From positions 480,001 to 544,000 of the forward strand of contig CBDCTH010000012.1 in NCBI GenBank assembly GCA_965222155.1: a DNA stretch of 64,000 nucleotides, written 5' to 3'. This document shows positions 17,788-28,320 of the stretch, piece by piece. Positions within the stretch are counted from its first letter, which is position 1, and every line of letters starts with the position of its first letter. Source of the stretch: Gammaproteobacteria bacterium. GTDB lineage: Bacteria > Pseudomonadota > Gammaproteobacteria > Eutrophobiales > Eutrophobiaceae. Both the position numbers and the translations under genes were made by a program. The notes under the pieces were generated by a model. It had not been told where the DNA came from. It worked only from the letters and a program-made list of their open reading frames with translations, and ran no database searches.

Positions 17788-19143
17788 GTGATCAGTATGC
17801 GCTTATCAGCCGCCTGCGCCGCACTGGACGGAAAACTCATCGGAGCAGACAGGGTATTCAGCGGTTGCAGCTATGACAGCCGCACACTGCTGCCCGGTGA
17901 GCTGTTCATCGCCCTGCGCGGGGCGGCGCGCGACGGCCACGATTTCATATCTGTCGCCAGTGCAAAAGGCGCCGGCGCGGCCCTGGTGGACCGGGATGCT
18001 GCCTATCCGCTGCCGGTGATCAAGGTGGATGACACCAGGAAACAATCAGGCCTGCTGGCCGGACACTGGCGCGCCGGGTTCAACCTGCCGATCATTGCCG
18101 TGACGGGCAGCAACGGCAAGACCACGGTCAAGGAAATGATCAATGCCATCCTGTCTATCAATGCGGAGGTCCTGTTCACCCAGGGTAATTTCAACAACGA
18201 CATAGGCGTGCCGTTAACCCTGTTCAGGCTGGCGCGCGGGCAACGTTTTGCCGTTATCGAGATGGGCGCCAATCACCCCGGGGAGATAAGCTGGTTAAGC
18301 CGGATTACCAGACCCGAGGTAGCGCTGATTACCCAGTGCGCCCCTGCCCACCTTGAGGGTTTCGGATCCGTTGCCGGTGTGGCCGAGGCCAAGGCCGAGA
18401 TCTACGAAGGACTTGCGCCCGGCGGTACGGCAGTCGTCAATATTGATGACGACTACTGCGGATTATGGCTTGAGCGTTCCCGCCGGAACCGGCAAATCAC
18501 GTTCGGCATGGGTGCGCAAGCCGACGTGACCGCCGCCAACGTCAACACGGATCTTGCCGGGGGGCGGACCCGGCTTGAACTGGAATTCCGCGCCGGAAAG
18601 GTTTCCATGGAATTAAGTCTTTACGGCAGCCATAACGTGCTAAACGCGCTGGCGGCTGCGGCCTGTTGTATTGCCGTCGATACTCCCCTGGAACAGATTA
18701 AGGCAGGTCTTGAGAAAGTACGGCCCATCAAGGGCAGGATGCAGTTGAAGACCGGGCTGCAGGACACGCGCATTTTTGACGATACCTACAATGCCAATCC
18801 CAATTCCCTGACCGCGGCGCTCAAGGTGGTGCGTGAACTGCCGGGGCGTACCTGGTTGATACTGGGTGACATGGGTGAACTGGGCAGCGACTCTGCCAGA
18901 CTCCACGAAGAGGCCGGCGCTCAGGCCCGGGCGCTTGGTATTGAGCGTCTGTACGGAATTGGTGAACTTGCCATGCATTCGGCCACAGGTTTCGGCGCCG
19001 GCGCCAGACATTTCGGCCTGATGGATGACCTGCTTGAGACCCTGCGCCGGGAACTGCGCCCGGGCGTGAATATACTGGTCAAAGGCTCCCGATCCATGGC
19101 TATGGAGCGGGTAGTCAGCGGGCTGACCGGGGAGGGTGGCTGA
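17788..19143 (+). CDS. murF: UDP-MurNAc-tripeptide:D-Ala-D-Ala ligase
   Basis: [33 protein letters not shown]. Confidence 0.96.
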   Translation: MISMRLSAACAALDGKLIGADRVFSGCSYDSRTLLPGELFIALRGAARDGHDFISVASAKGAGAALVDRDAAYPLPVIKVDDTRKQSGLLAGHWRAGFNLPIIAVTGSNGKTTVKEMINAILSINAEVLFTQGNFNNDIGVPLTLFRLARGQRFAVIEMGANHPGEISWLSRITRPEVALITQCAPAHLEGFGSVAGVAEAKAEIYEGLAPGGTAVVNIDDDYCGLWLERSRRNRQITFGMGAQADVTAANVNTDLAGGRTRLELEFRAGKVSMELSLYGSHNVLNALAAAACCIAVDTPLEQIKAGLEKVRPIKGRMQLKTGLQDTRIFDDTYNANPNSLTAALKVVRELPGRTWLILGDMGELGSDSARLHEEAGAQARALGIERLYGIGELAMHSATGFGAGARHFGLMDDLLETLRRELRPGVNILVKGSRSMAMERVVSGLTGEGG

Positions 19144-20225
19144 TGTTATTGTGGCTGGCCGAATATCTCACCCCGTTCTACAGCGGGTTTAATGCATTTC
19201 AGTACATTATCACGCGCACGATTCTGGGCGCTTTGACGGCGTTGTTTGTGACGTTGTTGATCGGGCCGGGACTGATCCGTTACCTGGATAAATACCGGAT
19301 AGGCCAGGAAGTGCGGGATGACGGCCCGGAAACACACCTGCAAAAAGCCGGCACCCCGACTATGGGCGGTCTGCTGATCCTGCTCTCCATTTCCTTCAGT
19401 ATCCTGTGCTGGGCCGACCTTTCGAACCGGTTTGTCCAGGTGGTTTTCGTCGTCATCCTGGCTTTTGGACTGCTCGGCCTGGTGGATGACTATCGCAAGA
19501 TCGTGCGCAAGGACTCCAAGGGGCTCAGCGCGCGCTGGAAGTATTTCTGGCAGTCGGTATTCGGGCTGTCCACTGCCGTGTTCCTCTATGCCAGTGCCGA
19601 AGTACCGGCCGAGACACGCCTGATACTGCCGTTCATCAAATCCTTTGATTATGAACTGGGCTTGTTGTTTATCGTGACGAGCTATTTCGTCATCGTCGGA
19701 TCAAGCAACGCGGTAAACCTCACGGACGGTCTGGACGGACTGGCGATCCTGCCGACCGTCATGGTGGTCGGCGGCCTGACCGCGTTTGCCTACGTGGCCG
19801 GCAATATCAGGTTTGCCGATTATCTCGGTCTTCCCTATGTGCCGCAGGTTGGAGAAATCTGTATCGTCTGCGCCGCCATTGCCGGTTCCGGCCTTGGCTT
19901 TCTCTGGTTTAACACCTACCCCGCCCAGGTGTTCATGGGAGACATCGGCGCTTTGTCACTGGGCGCCGCGCTCGGAACCATTGCAATCGTCATCAGGCAG
20001 GAACTTGTGCTGTTCATCATGGGTGGCGTATTCGTCGTTGAAACGGTTTCCGTCATATTGCAGGTAACGTCATACAAATTGACCGGCAGGAGGATATTTC
20101 GCATGGCGCCGTTGCACCACCACTACGAATTGAAAGGCTGGCCTGAGCCGCGGGTTATCGTACGGTTCTGGATCATCACGGTGATCCTGGTACTGATCGG
20201 GCTGGCGAGCCTGAAGATCAGGTGA
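19143..20225 (+). CDS. mraY: Phospho-MurNAc-pentapeptide transferase
   Basis: [32 protein letters not shown]. Confidence 0.97.
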   Translation: MLLWLAEYLTPFYSGFNAFQYIITRTILGALTALFVTLLIGPGLIRYLDKYRIGQEVRDDGPETHLQKAGTPTMGGLLILLSISFSILCWADLSNRFVQVVFVVILAFGLLGLVDDYRKIVRKDSKGLSARWKYFWQSVFGLSTAVFLYASAEVPAETRLILPFIKSFDYELGLLFIVTSYFVIVGSSNAVNLTDGLDGLAILPTVMVVGGLTAFAYVAGNIRFADYLGLPYVPQVGEICIVCAAIAGSGLGFLWFNTYPAQVFMGDIGALSLGAALGTIAIVIRQELVLFIMGGVFVVETVSVILQVTSYKLTGRRIFRMAPLHHHYELKGWPEPRVIVRFWIITVILVLIGLASLKIR

Positions 20226-20246
20226 CGGAGGATTGAGTGTTAATAC

Positions 20247-21653
20247 ATGAGCTTGACAAAGATGCAGGCTGTACCTGATCCGGGTAACCACGGCATGAGT
20301 GAAATTGCACAACGGTTCGACACGCTGGTGTTAGGCCTGGGCAAGACCGGCTTATCCTGTGTCAGGTACCTGGCGGGTAGCGAGGAAAACCTGGGAGTCG
20401 CTGACTCCGGCCAGACCCCGCCTGAACTTGACAACCTGAAGCAACTCTATCCACAGGTGCCGTTCTTCCCTGGCGAATTTCAGTCCGACCTGCTGCGCCG
20501 GGCGCACAGGCTGATTATCAGTCCGGGTATATCTCCGGCCGATCCGGCAATCCGCGCGGCGCGCCGGGCAGGGGTGGAAATCCTGGGCGACGTAGAAATT
20601 TTCTGCCGCAATATCAACGCGCCGCTTATTGCAGTAACCGGTTCCAACGGCAAGAGCACGGTTGTCAGTTTACTTGCACGGATGCTCAGGCGCGCGGGTC
20701 TGCGGGTGGGCCTGGGGGGGAATATCGGCACGCCGGCGCTGGATTTACTGTCACAGCCTGCGCCTGATTATTATGTATTGGAATTATCCAGTTTCCAGTT
20801 GGAGACCCTGCGCTGTCACAGGCCCGTTGCCGCGACGGTACTCAACATATCGGCCGATCACCTTGACCGCTACGAGGATCTGCGGGACTACGCGCGCGCC
20901 AAGGAAAATATCTATGCCGGCGGCGGCGCGATGATCATCAATCGGGATGATGAGGCCGTACTGGGCATGTTACGCCCGGAGCGCGAGGTGGTCAGCTATT
21001 CCCTGAAGCGGCCTGAAGCCGATTTCAGCGTCAGCAGCCGGAATGGAGAAAACTGGTTGATGTATAAACAGGATGCGTTGATAAAGCAATCGGAACTCAA
21101 GATCTACGGCATGCATAACCTGGCAAATATCCTGGCGTGCCTTGCGCTGGGCAGGTCAATAGACCTGCCCATGCCCGCCATGCTGGGGGCGTTGCGGGAT
21201 TTTACCGGGTTACCCCATCGCTGTGAGTGGGTGGCCGGGATCAACGGGGTCAACTGGTTTAATGATTCAAAAGCGACAAATGTCGGCGCCACGCTGGCCG
21301 CGCTGTACGGCTTGGCGGATAAACGCAGGAACATACACCTGATTGCCGGTGGCGACGGCAAGGGCGCAGATTTTTCAGCGCTGCGGAGTGCATTTGAGAA
21401 GCACGTCAGGTCAATCATATTGCTTGGCAACAGCGCAAAAGAAATTGCCGGCATTGTCCCGGACTGGGAAACCGTATATTACGCGACCAGCATGGCGGCA
21501 GCGGTGAGCACCGCATTCCGGCTTGCGCAGCCGGGAGATACGGTATTGCTGTCGCCCGCTTGCGCCAGTTTCGATATGTTCAGGGATTTCGCTGATCGGG
21601 GTGACGCGTTTAAACGCTGTGTTGCCGGGATTTTACCGGGAGCCGGAAACTGA
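20247..21653 (+). CDS. murD: UDP-MurNAc-Ala:D-Glu ligase
   Basis: GLGKTG, TGSNGKST, LELSSFQLE, NDSKATN, SPACASFD; start may be at 20295. Confidence 0.95.
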   Translation: MSLTKMQAVPDPGNHGMSEIAQRFDTLVLGLGKTGLSCVRYLAGSEENLGVADSGQTPPELDNLKQLYPQVPFFPGEFQSDLLRRAHRLIISPGISPADPAIRAARRAGVEILGDVEIFCRNINAPLIAVTGSNGKSTVVSLLARMLRRAGLRVGLGGNIGTPALDLLSQPAPDYYVLELSSFQLETLRCHRPVAATVLNISADHLDRYEDLRDYARAKENIYAGGGAMIINRDDEAVLGMLRPEREVVSYSLKRPEADFSVSSRNGENWLMYKQDALIKQSELKIYGMHNLANILACLALGRSIDLPMPAMLGALRDFTGLPHRCEWVAGINGVNWFNDSKATNVGATLAALYGLADKRRNIHLIAGGDGKGADFSALRSAFEKHVRSIILLGNSAKEIAGIVPDWETVYYATSMAAAVSTAFRLAQPGDTVLLSPACASFDMFRDFADRGDAFKRCVAGILPGAGN

Positions 21654-22843
21654 TGCAGAAACTACAGGCAATCAGGGTTCAGGATGTAAAAACAGCAAGC
21701 TGGCACGAACATGACCCGTGGCTGATTTTGGTCCTCATGTTCCTGCTGGTTGCGGGAATCGTGATGGTTGCGTCCGCCTCCGTTGCCCTCGCCGAACGGC
21801 TGCACCATGATCCGTTCTACTATTTCCGCCGCCAGGTTATCGCCGTTGTGATCGGCCTGGCGTTTGCCGGTCTTATTATGAAAACCCCGGTGTCCATATG
21901 GGAGAAGATGAGCACGCCGTTGTTGTTCGCGGCCATCATGTTGCTCGTGCTGGTATTGATTCCCGGGATAGGCCGGGAGGTCAACGGCAGCGTGCGCTGG
22001 ATCAGGCTGGGTCCCGTTAATTTTCAGAGTTCGGAACTGGCCAAGGTCTGTATTATTACCTATACCGCCGCGTACCTGGTACGTCATGCCGGCCATTTAC
22101 ACCTGACTTTTACCGGCTTTATGCGGCCCATCGGAATCGTGACGCTCATCTCGGGCCTGTTGCTGCTGGAGCCGGACTACGGCTCGGTCATCGTGATCTT
22201 CCTGACGACAATCGGTATGTTGTTCATGGCGGGTATTCCGGTAGGCCGTTTCTTTCTGTGGATACCGGTGATGGTTGCCGCATTGGGCGCGCTGGCGGTT
22301 TTTCCCTCCTATCGCATGGCCAGGTTGAAGGCGTTTATCGACCCGTGGCAGGACCCGTTCAATTCAGGCTATCAGCTTATCCAGTCACTGATCGCATTCG
22401 GCAGGGGCGAGTGGTTCGGGGTCGGCCTGGGCAGCAGCGTGCAGAAACTGTTTTATCTGACACAGGCCCATACGGACTTTATTTTTGCCATTTCCGCAGA
22501 AGAACTGGGCCTGTTGTTCACCCTGCTGGTTACGCTGGCGTTTTTCGTCTTCGTCTGGCGCGCGTTCAGTATTGCCGGGTACGCCTACCAACTGGGGAAA
22601 AACTTTGCCGCGTACATGGCCTACGGTATCGGTCTGCTCATCGGCATACAGGCGTTTATCCACATGGGCGTGAACGTGGGCTTATTGCCCACCAAGGGAC
22701 TGACCCTGCCCTTGTTCAGTTATGGCGCCAACAGCATTGTCTTCAGTTGTATCCTGGTGGCAATCCTGTTGCGCATTGATTTGGAAAACCGTTATCCCCG
22801 GGGTATCAGGATACGCAGACAGGTGGTAGACCATGAAGGCTAA
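21653..22843 (+). CDS. ftsW: SEDS glycosyltransferase FtsW
   Basis: NG..RW, EPD.G, GYQL.QSLIAFG.G, HTDFIF, LPTKGLTLP. Confidence 0.95.
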   Translation: MQKLQAIRVQDVKTASWHEHDPWLILVLMFLLVAGIVMVASASVALAERLHHDPFYYFRRQVIAVVIGLAFAGLIMKTPVSIWEKMSTPLLFAAIMLLVLVLIPGIGREVNGSVRWIRLGPVNFQSSELAKVCIITYTAAYLVRHAGHLHLTFTGFMRPIGIVTLISGLLLLEPDYGSVIVIFLTTIGMLFMAGIPVGRFFLWIPVMVAALGALAVFPSYRMARLKAFIDPWQDPFNSGYQLIQSLIAFGRGEWFGVGLGSSVQKLFYLTQAHTDFIFAISAEELGLLFTLLVTLAFFVFVWRAFSIAGYAYQLGKNFAAYMAYGIGLLIGIQAFIHMGVNVGLLPTKGLTLPLFSYGANSIVFSCILVAILLRIDLENRYPRGIRIRRQVVDHEG

Positions 22844-23912
22844 CCCGATCATGATCATGGCGGGGGGGACCGGCGGACATGTTTACCCGGCGCTGGCAGT
22901 GGTTGATTACCTGCGCGCACAGGACATACCACTGTTCTGGCTGGGAACGCCGCGCGGGATCGAGAACCGGGTTGTGCCGGAACAGGGAATAGAACTGTTG
23001 ACCGTCAGGGTGAGCGGGGTACGCGGCAAGGCAATTTCAAGCAAGCTGGTTGCGCCACTGAAAATACTGATAGCGATACTCCAGGCCCTGTCCATTTGTA
23101 TTCGGCGGCGGCCGGCGGCGGTCCTCGGAATGGGCGGGTTCGCCAGCGGTCCCGGCGCTATTGCAGCGTGGTTGTTACGCATCCCGTTATTGATCCATGA
23201 ACAGAACAAGGTCGCCGGTACGACCAACAGGATACTGTCCCGGTTCGCCGTGAAGGTGATGCAGGGGTTTCCGGATACTTTCAAGGCCGGCGCCAGGGTT
23301 GTTACCACGGGCAATCCCGTGCGGCGCGAGATCGTGGGACTGCCCGGACCGAAAATCGCCGGGACGCCGAACCGGCCTAATGTCCTGGTGCTGGGCGGTA
23401 GCCTGGGCGCGCAACAACTGAACCGGGTTGTGCCCCTGGGCCTGAACAGGTTGCAACGCAGGTTAAAGGTAAACGTCTGGCATCAATGCGGAGAGAAAAA
23501 CCAGATTGAGACGCAGCGTCTCTATGGGGGTCTGCAACTGGACGAGGTCAGGATCGATGCGTTTATTACCGATATGGCATCAGCCTACCGCTGGGCGGAT
23601 ATCGCCGTGTGCCGGGCCGGCGCGCTGACGATTGCGGAATTATGCGCGGCGGGACTGGCATCGATACTGATACCGTTTCCCCACGCCATAGATGACCATC
23701 AGACAGCCAATGCCCGTTACCTCAGTGACTCCGGCGCCGCGCTACTGCTCCCGGAAACTGAATTGACCAAAGCCAGGATCGAGGACTTGTTGTGGCAGCT
23801 TTGCAGCACGGAGAACAAACTGTTCGAGCTGGCGCAAAAAACCCGGCTGCATGCCTATCCGGATGCCGCGCAGGCAGTAGCTTCATTGTGCCTGGAGCAA
23901 GCTTATGCCTGA
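22833..23912 (+). CDS. murG: Lipid II GlcNAc transferase
   Basis: AGGTGGH, HEQN, GNPVR, GGSLGA, RAGALT. Confidence 0.96.
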   Translation: MKANPIMIMAGGTGGHVYPALAVVDYLRAQDIPLFWLGTPRGIENRVVPEQGIELLTVRVSGVRGKAISSKLVAPLKILIAILQALSICIRRRPAAVLGMGGFASGPGAIAAWLLRIPLLIHEQNKVAGTTNRILSRFAVKVMQGFPDTFKAGARVVTTGNPVRREIVGLPGPKIAGTPNRPNVLVLGGSLGAQQLNRVVPLGLNRLQRRLKVNVWHQCGEKNQIETQRLYGGLQLDEVRIDAFITDMASAYRWADIAVCRAGALTIAELCAAGLASILIPFPHAIDDHQTANARYLSDSGAALLLPETELTKARIEDLLWQLCSTENKLFELAQKTRLHAYPDAAQAVASLCLEQAYA

Positions 23913-25335
23913 TGGGCACAACATGGGTCGCGTCAGGCATATCCATTTTGTCGGTATTGGCGGAGCCGGCATGAGCGGGATAGCCGAAGTCCTGCATAAC
24001 CTGGGCTATACGGTGTCAGGCACGGACCTGAAGCAGGGCAACAGCACGGAACGGCTTGCAGACATGGGTGTCGAGGTGCGCTTTGAACACGAAGCGGAAT
24101 GTGTGAACGGCAGCGACGTGGTTGTTTATTCAAGCGCGATCCCGGCAGACAATCCGGAGTTGTCGGCAGCGCGCCGACAACGCATACCGATCATCCCGCG
24201 GGCCGAGATGCTGTCTGAACTGATGCGTTTCAGGGAAGGGGTTGCGGTAGCCGGCACCCACGGCAAGACGACAACAACCAGCCTGATCGCCAGCCTGCTG
24301 GCGGAAGGCATGTTCGACCCGACCTATATCATCGGTGGGCGCTTGAACATGACAGGTTCCCATGCCCGGCTCGGCAAGGGGAAATACATGGTAGCCGAGG
24401 CGGATGAGAGTGATGCCTCCTTCCTGCACCTGCAACCTGTCTATGCCGTGCTGACGAATATCGATGCCGATCACCTGGAGTACTGTGGCGGCAGTTACCA
24501 GGCGTTGCAAAACAACTTTATAGACTTCCTGCACTGCCTGCCGTTTTACGGTCTGGTGGTCATCTGCAGCGATGACGCCGGTATCCGCGGTATCGTCACC
24601 CGCATAAACCGGCCTTATGTCACCTATGGGATTGATTCCGACGCGGATTACCGGGCGGAAGCGATTCAATATGACGGGCCGACAACCCGGTTCAACATAG
24701 TGCGCCGCAACCAGGATGACGCGTTCCGGGTAACGCTGAACCTGCCGGGCCGGCATAACGTCCTGAATGCCCTGGCGGCAGTGGCGCTGGCTATCGAACT
24801 GGGCGTGTCGGAACAGGCAATAAGCGCCGGATTGGCAAACTTCCAGGGCATAGACCGCAGGAGTTCGATCCTGGGTGATATCCATATCGACGGCAAGACC
24901 GTATTGCTTATCGACGATTATGCCCACCACCCCAGTGAAATAGCCGCTATCAATAATGCTCTTGCTGACGGTTGGCCCGGCAGGAAAGTGGTCGTCGTGT
25001 TTCAACCGCACCGGTATACCCGTACCCGGGATCTTTTCGAAGAGTTCTGCCAGATATTGTCGGAACTCGACAGCTTGATTCTGCTTGACGTCTATCCCGC
25101 CGGGGAGCGCCCCATCAAGGGCGCCGACAGCCGTTCCCTGAGCCGGGCGCTCAGGGTCAGGGGCAAGGTGGAGCCTATTCTCGTCAACAATGAAACGGAA
25201 TTGCTGGCCGTGCTGGAAAACCTTACGGCGCAGAACGATATCCTGTTGCTGCTGGGCGCAGGAGATATCAGCGCCCTCGGTAGCCGGTTGCTCGACGTGT
25301 ACGGCACCAGCCCACATTTCTCACCAGATCGCTAG
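23905..25335 (+). CDS. murC: UDP-MurNAc:L-Ala ligase; C-terminus derived from a MITE
   Basis: GIGGAGMSG, GTHGKTTT, EADESD, DDYAHHP, FQPHRYTR. Confidence 0.96.
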   Translation: MPDGHNMGRVRHIHFVGIGGAGMSGIAEVLHNLGYTVSGTDLKQGNSTERLADMGVEVRFEHEAECVNGSDVVVYSSAIPADNPELSAARRQRIPIIPRAEMLSELMRFREGVAVAGTHGKTTTTSLIASLLAEGMFDPTYIIGGRLNMTGSHARLGKGKYMVAEADESDASFLHLQPVYAVLTNIDADHLEYCGGSYQALQNNFIDFLHCLPFYGLVVICSDDAGIRGIVTRINRPYVTYGIDSDADYRAEAIQYDGPTTRFNIVRRNQDDAFRVTLNLPGRHNVLNALAAVALAIELGVSEQAISAGLANFQGIDRRSSILGDIHIDGKTVLLIDDYAHHPSEIAAINNALADGWPGRKVVVVFQPHRYTRTRDLFEEFCQILSELDSLILLDVYPAGERPIKGADSRSLSRALRVRGKVEPILVNNETELLAVLENLTAQNDILLLLGAGDISALGSRLLDVYGTSPHFSPDR

Positions 25336-25644
25336 TTGCCCTCCGATAATTTATTGCTATCAATACATAATGATAATTCACTTACTATATAGACATTACA
25401 GACTGCGCTTGATGCGTTCATTGCATCCATCCCTGGACGCAACCCTACGGGCGGCTATCGCCGTGCAAATCGGCTGTCCTGCCGATTTGTCTCGCTTGTC
25501 TTTTTCCCGCCAACGGGTACGTGCTCCCTCAACCAGAGTCCCAGCTATGCTTTCGGTCCCCGTATCAAGTACGGGGCAGACTCCGGCACCCGTTGGTGGG
25601 AAAAATCCTGCGCGATCATCGCATCACCTGATGAGAAATGCGGG
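25311..25644. mobile_element. Palindromic MITE, copy 3, at the murC/murB junction with two nested inserts
   Basis: TIRs CCCACATTTCTCACCAG / CTGATGAGAAATGCGGG; nested inserts at 25417-25491 and 25558-25582. Confidence 0.88.
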
Positions 25645-25660
25645 CTTCGGGGCGATTGAG

Positions 25661-26584
25661 ATGCTTATGGAAACTGTTTCGACACGCCTGAACAGCCGGC
25701 CTGAGAAAGCGCCGGGGCGCGGCCTGCTCAAAACAGGCGAGAAGATGTCCAGGCATACTTCATGGAAAGTCGGCGGACCGGCAGACCGGTTTTATGTCCC
25801 TGCCGATGAGGACGACCTGGCCGGCTTCCTCGCGGCACTGGCGGATGACGAACCTGTTACCTGGATTGGCCTGGGCAGTAACGTACTGGTACGGGACGGC
25901 GGTATCAGGGGGACGGTCATTTCAACAGCCGGCATGAAGCAAAGGCTTGAGTTGATTCCCGACAACGCAGTACGGGCGGGCTGTGGCGTGGCTTGCGCAA
26001 AAATCGCCCGGTTCAGCGCCGGGGCCGGATTGGCCGGCGCTGAATTCCTGGCGGGTATCCCGGGTTCAGTGGGGGGTGCGCTGGTCATGAATGCCGGCGC
26101 CTTCGGCGTCGAGACCTGGAGCATCGTCGAACAGGTGGAAACGGTTACGCGTAACGGCAGGCGGGTTCAAAGACCGGGCGCTGACTTTGCAACCGGTTAC
26201 CGCCAGGTCGACCTGGCGGATGGCGAATGGTTCGTCAGCGCGCTGTTGCGGCTTCAAGCCGATGCTGACGGAAAAGCGCAGCAGCGTATCAGGGAATTGC
26301 TGGCCAGAAGAACTGAAACCCAGCCGACCGGGAAGTTCAGTTGCGGCTCCGTATTCAAGAATCCCGCGGGTGATTTCGCCGGGCGCCTGATCGAGCAGTG
26401 CGGTTTGAAAGGCTTTGCCGTTGGCGATGCCCATGTGTCGGACAAACATGCGAACTTTATCATCAATGCCGGCAAGGCGCGCGCAGGGGATATCGAGGCC
26501 CTGATATTACACATACAGGCAACCGTTAAGGAGATGACGGGTATCAGATTAATCCCGGAAGTAAGAATCATCGGTGCATCATAG
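25661..26584 (+). CDS. murB: UDP-N-acetylenolpyruvoylglucosamine reductase
   Basis: HTSWKVGGPAD, G.GSNVLVRDGG, GIPGSVGGA..MNAGA, GSVFKNP, KHANF; frame stays open upstream through the MITE. Confidence 0.94.
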   Translation: MLMETVSTRLNSRPEKAPGRGLLKTGEKMSRHTSWKVGGPADRFYVPADEDDLAGFLAALADDEPVTWIGLGSNVLVRDGGIRGTVISTAGMKQRLELIPDNAVRAGCGVACAKIARFSAGAGLAGAEFLAGIPGSVGGALVMNAGAFGVETWSIVEQVETVTRNGRRVQRPGADFATGYRQVDLADGEWFVSALLRLQADADGKAQQRIRELLARRTETQPTGKFSCGSVFKNPAGDFAGRLIEQCGLKGFAVGDAHVSDKHANFIINAGKARAGDIEALILHIQATVKEMTGIRLIPEVRIIGAS

Positions 26585-26603
26585 AAAAGGTACGGACTCG
26601 GAC

Positions 26604-27566
26604 ATGCACACAAAAAGCAGGCAATACGGCAAGGTCGCCGTGTTGATGGGAGGACGCTCGGCAGAGCGGGAAATATCCCTGCAGACTGGCGCGGCGATCC
26701 TGGCGGCCCTGCGTCGGCAAGGTGTGGATGCATGGAAAATCGACGCGGGTGAGAACGTGGTAAGCGACCTGATCGGAGCCGGTTTTGCGCGTGTCTTCGT
26801 CGCATTGCACGGGCGCGGTGGTGAAGATGGCGTCATCCAGGGCGCCCTCGAATCCCTGAACCTGCCCTATACGGGAAGCCGCGTACTGGGTTCGGCCGTA
26901 TCCATGGACAAGGTGAGGTGTAAATGGATCTGGCAGAACCAGGGCCTGCCGACCCCGGAATTCAAGCTGATCCGCGCTGTGCAAGACCTGGAAACCGTAG
27001 CCGAAGAGCTCGGTCTGCCGCTCATGATGAAACCGGTGCATGAAGGTTCCAGTTATGGCGCCGCAAAAGTGGTTACTGCGCAAGGATTGCATGGGGCCTG
27101 GCTGAACGCGGTCGAATACGACAGCGAAGTAATGTGCGAACGCTGGATCGGCGGCGGCGATTACACCGTGGGTATATTGAACGGGTATGCCCTGCCCGCA
27201 ATTAAAATAGAGACGGAGCGGGATTTTTATGACTACCAGGCGAAGTACCTGGACGATACTACCCGTTATCTCTGTCCCTGCGGTCTGCCGCAGGAGCTGG
27301 AAAAAGACCTGGCCGACCTGGCGCTGAAGGCGTTCGATTCAATCGGCGCCGGCGGCTGGGGCAGGGTTGATTTTTTACTGGATGAAAACCGCAGTCCTTA
27401 CCTGATCGACGTGAATACGGTCCCCGGTATGACCGGTCATAGCCTGGTGCCCATGGCGGCGCGACAAGTGGGAATAGATTTCGACAGCCTGGTCCTGCAG
27501 GTGCTGAATACGAGCATGTCGGAGAATGAACCGGCCGGTGTGGGGGCGCAATATGCAAATCGGTAA
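26604..27566 (+). CDS. ddl: D-Ala-D-Ala ligase
   Basis: GG.SAEREISL, LHGRGGEDG, YDYQAKY, NTVPGMT. Confidence 0.95.
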   Translation: MHTKSRQYGKVAVLMGGRSAEREISLQTGAAILAALRRQGVDAWKIDAGENVVSDLIGAGFARVFVALHGRGGEDGVIQGALESLNLPYTGSRVLGSAVSMDKVRCKWIWQNQGLPTPEFKLIRAVQDLETVAEELGLPLMMKPVHEGSSYGAAKVVTAQGLHGAWLNAVEYDSEVMCERWIGGGDYTVGILNGYALPAIKIETERDFYDYQAKYLDDTTRYLCPCGLPQELEKDLADLALKAFDSIGAGGWGRVDFLLDENRSPYLIDVNTVPGMTGHSLVPMAARQVGIDFDSLVLQVLNTSMSENEPAGVGAQYANR

Positions 27567-28314
27567 TGATGTGATGACCGGCGCTGATTTGGCCGTTGCG
27601 CATTCGCAAAAATATCTCACCGGGATATTGACGCTGGCCGTGTGTATAGCGCTGGTGCTGTTTGCCTGGTCGAAAATTCCCTGGTCGGGATTCCTGCCGA
27701 TTAAACGCGTGGAGATTGCCGGAAATTTCGTCCACTTGTCTCCTGCTGAACTGGAACAACAGGCAGCGGAGATTATCCGGGGTGGTTTTATTACCGTGAA
27801 CGTCGCCGGCATAAAGCGGGAATTACTCCGGGAAGAATGGATCAGCGAGGTCGTGGTCAGACGGGTCTGGCCGGACAGCCTGATGATTTTTATTACGGAA
27901 CATGAACCCGTGGCCCTGTGGGGCAGTAACGCCCTGATCAGCAACGAGGCAGGCATTTTCTCTCCGGCACAGGATTCCTTCCCTCCGGGGCTGCCGTTCC
28001 TGAGTGGACCTCAGGGTAGTGAAGAGGCGGTGTTGAAGAAATACGAGTTTCTGAAAACGGAATTATCGCGCCGGGATATGGAAATCGACATGCTTGTGCT
28101 GACCGAAAGAAGGGCCTGGCAATTCAAATTGGCAGGCGGCCCAGTCGTCTTGCTGGGGAGAAAAGATGTGGAAGACAGGTTTAAACGGTTTTTCAGTTTT
28201 GCAATCCCGTATCAGGCTGACAGGTTGATGCAGGCAAAATCGATTGATATGAGATATACGAACGGGTTTGCGGTCAAATGGATCAAGGAATCCAAATTTA
28301 TTGTTTCCAGGTGA
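27553..28314 (+). CDS. ftsQ: Cell division protein FtsQ
   Basis: TM helix plus POTRA (VRRVWPD), IDMRYTNGFAV. Confidence 0.93.
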   Translation: MQIGNDVMTGADLAVAHSQKYLTGILTLAVCIALVLFAWSKIPWSGFLPIKRVEIAGNFVHLSPAELEQQAAEIIRGGFITVNVAGIKRELLREEWISEVVVRRVWPDSLMIFITEHEPVALWGSNALISNEAGIFSPAQDSFPPGLPFLSGPQGSEEAVLKKYEFLKTELSRRDMEIDMLVLTERRAWQFKLAGGPVVLLGRKDVEDRFKRFFSFAIPYQADRLMQAKSIDMRYTNGFAVKWIKESKFIVSR

Positions 28315-28320
28315 GAGGAG

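Noticed and set aside
24130-25317. Long antisense ORFs (also 29657-30589, 39325-40356, 54631-55866, 56074-57240)
   Set aside because: Shadows of well-supported genes on the opposite strand; no recognisable motifs.
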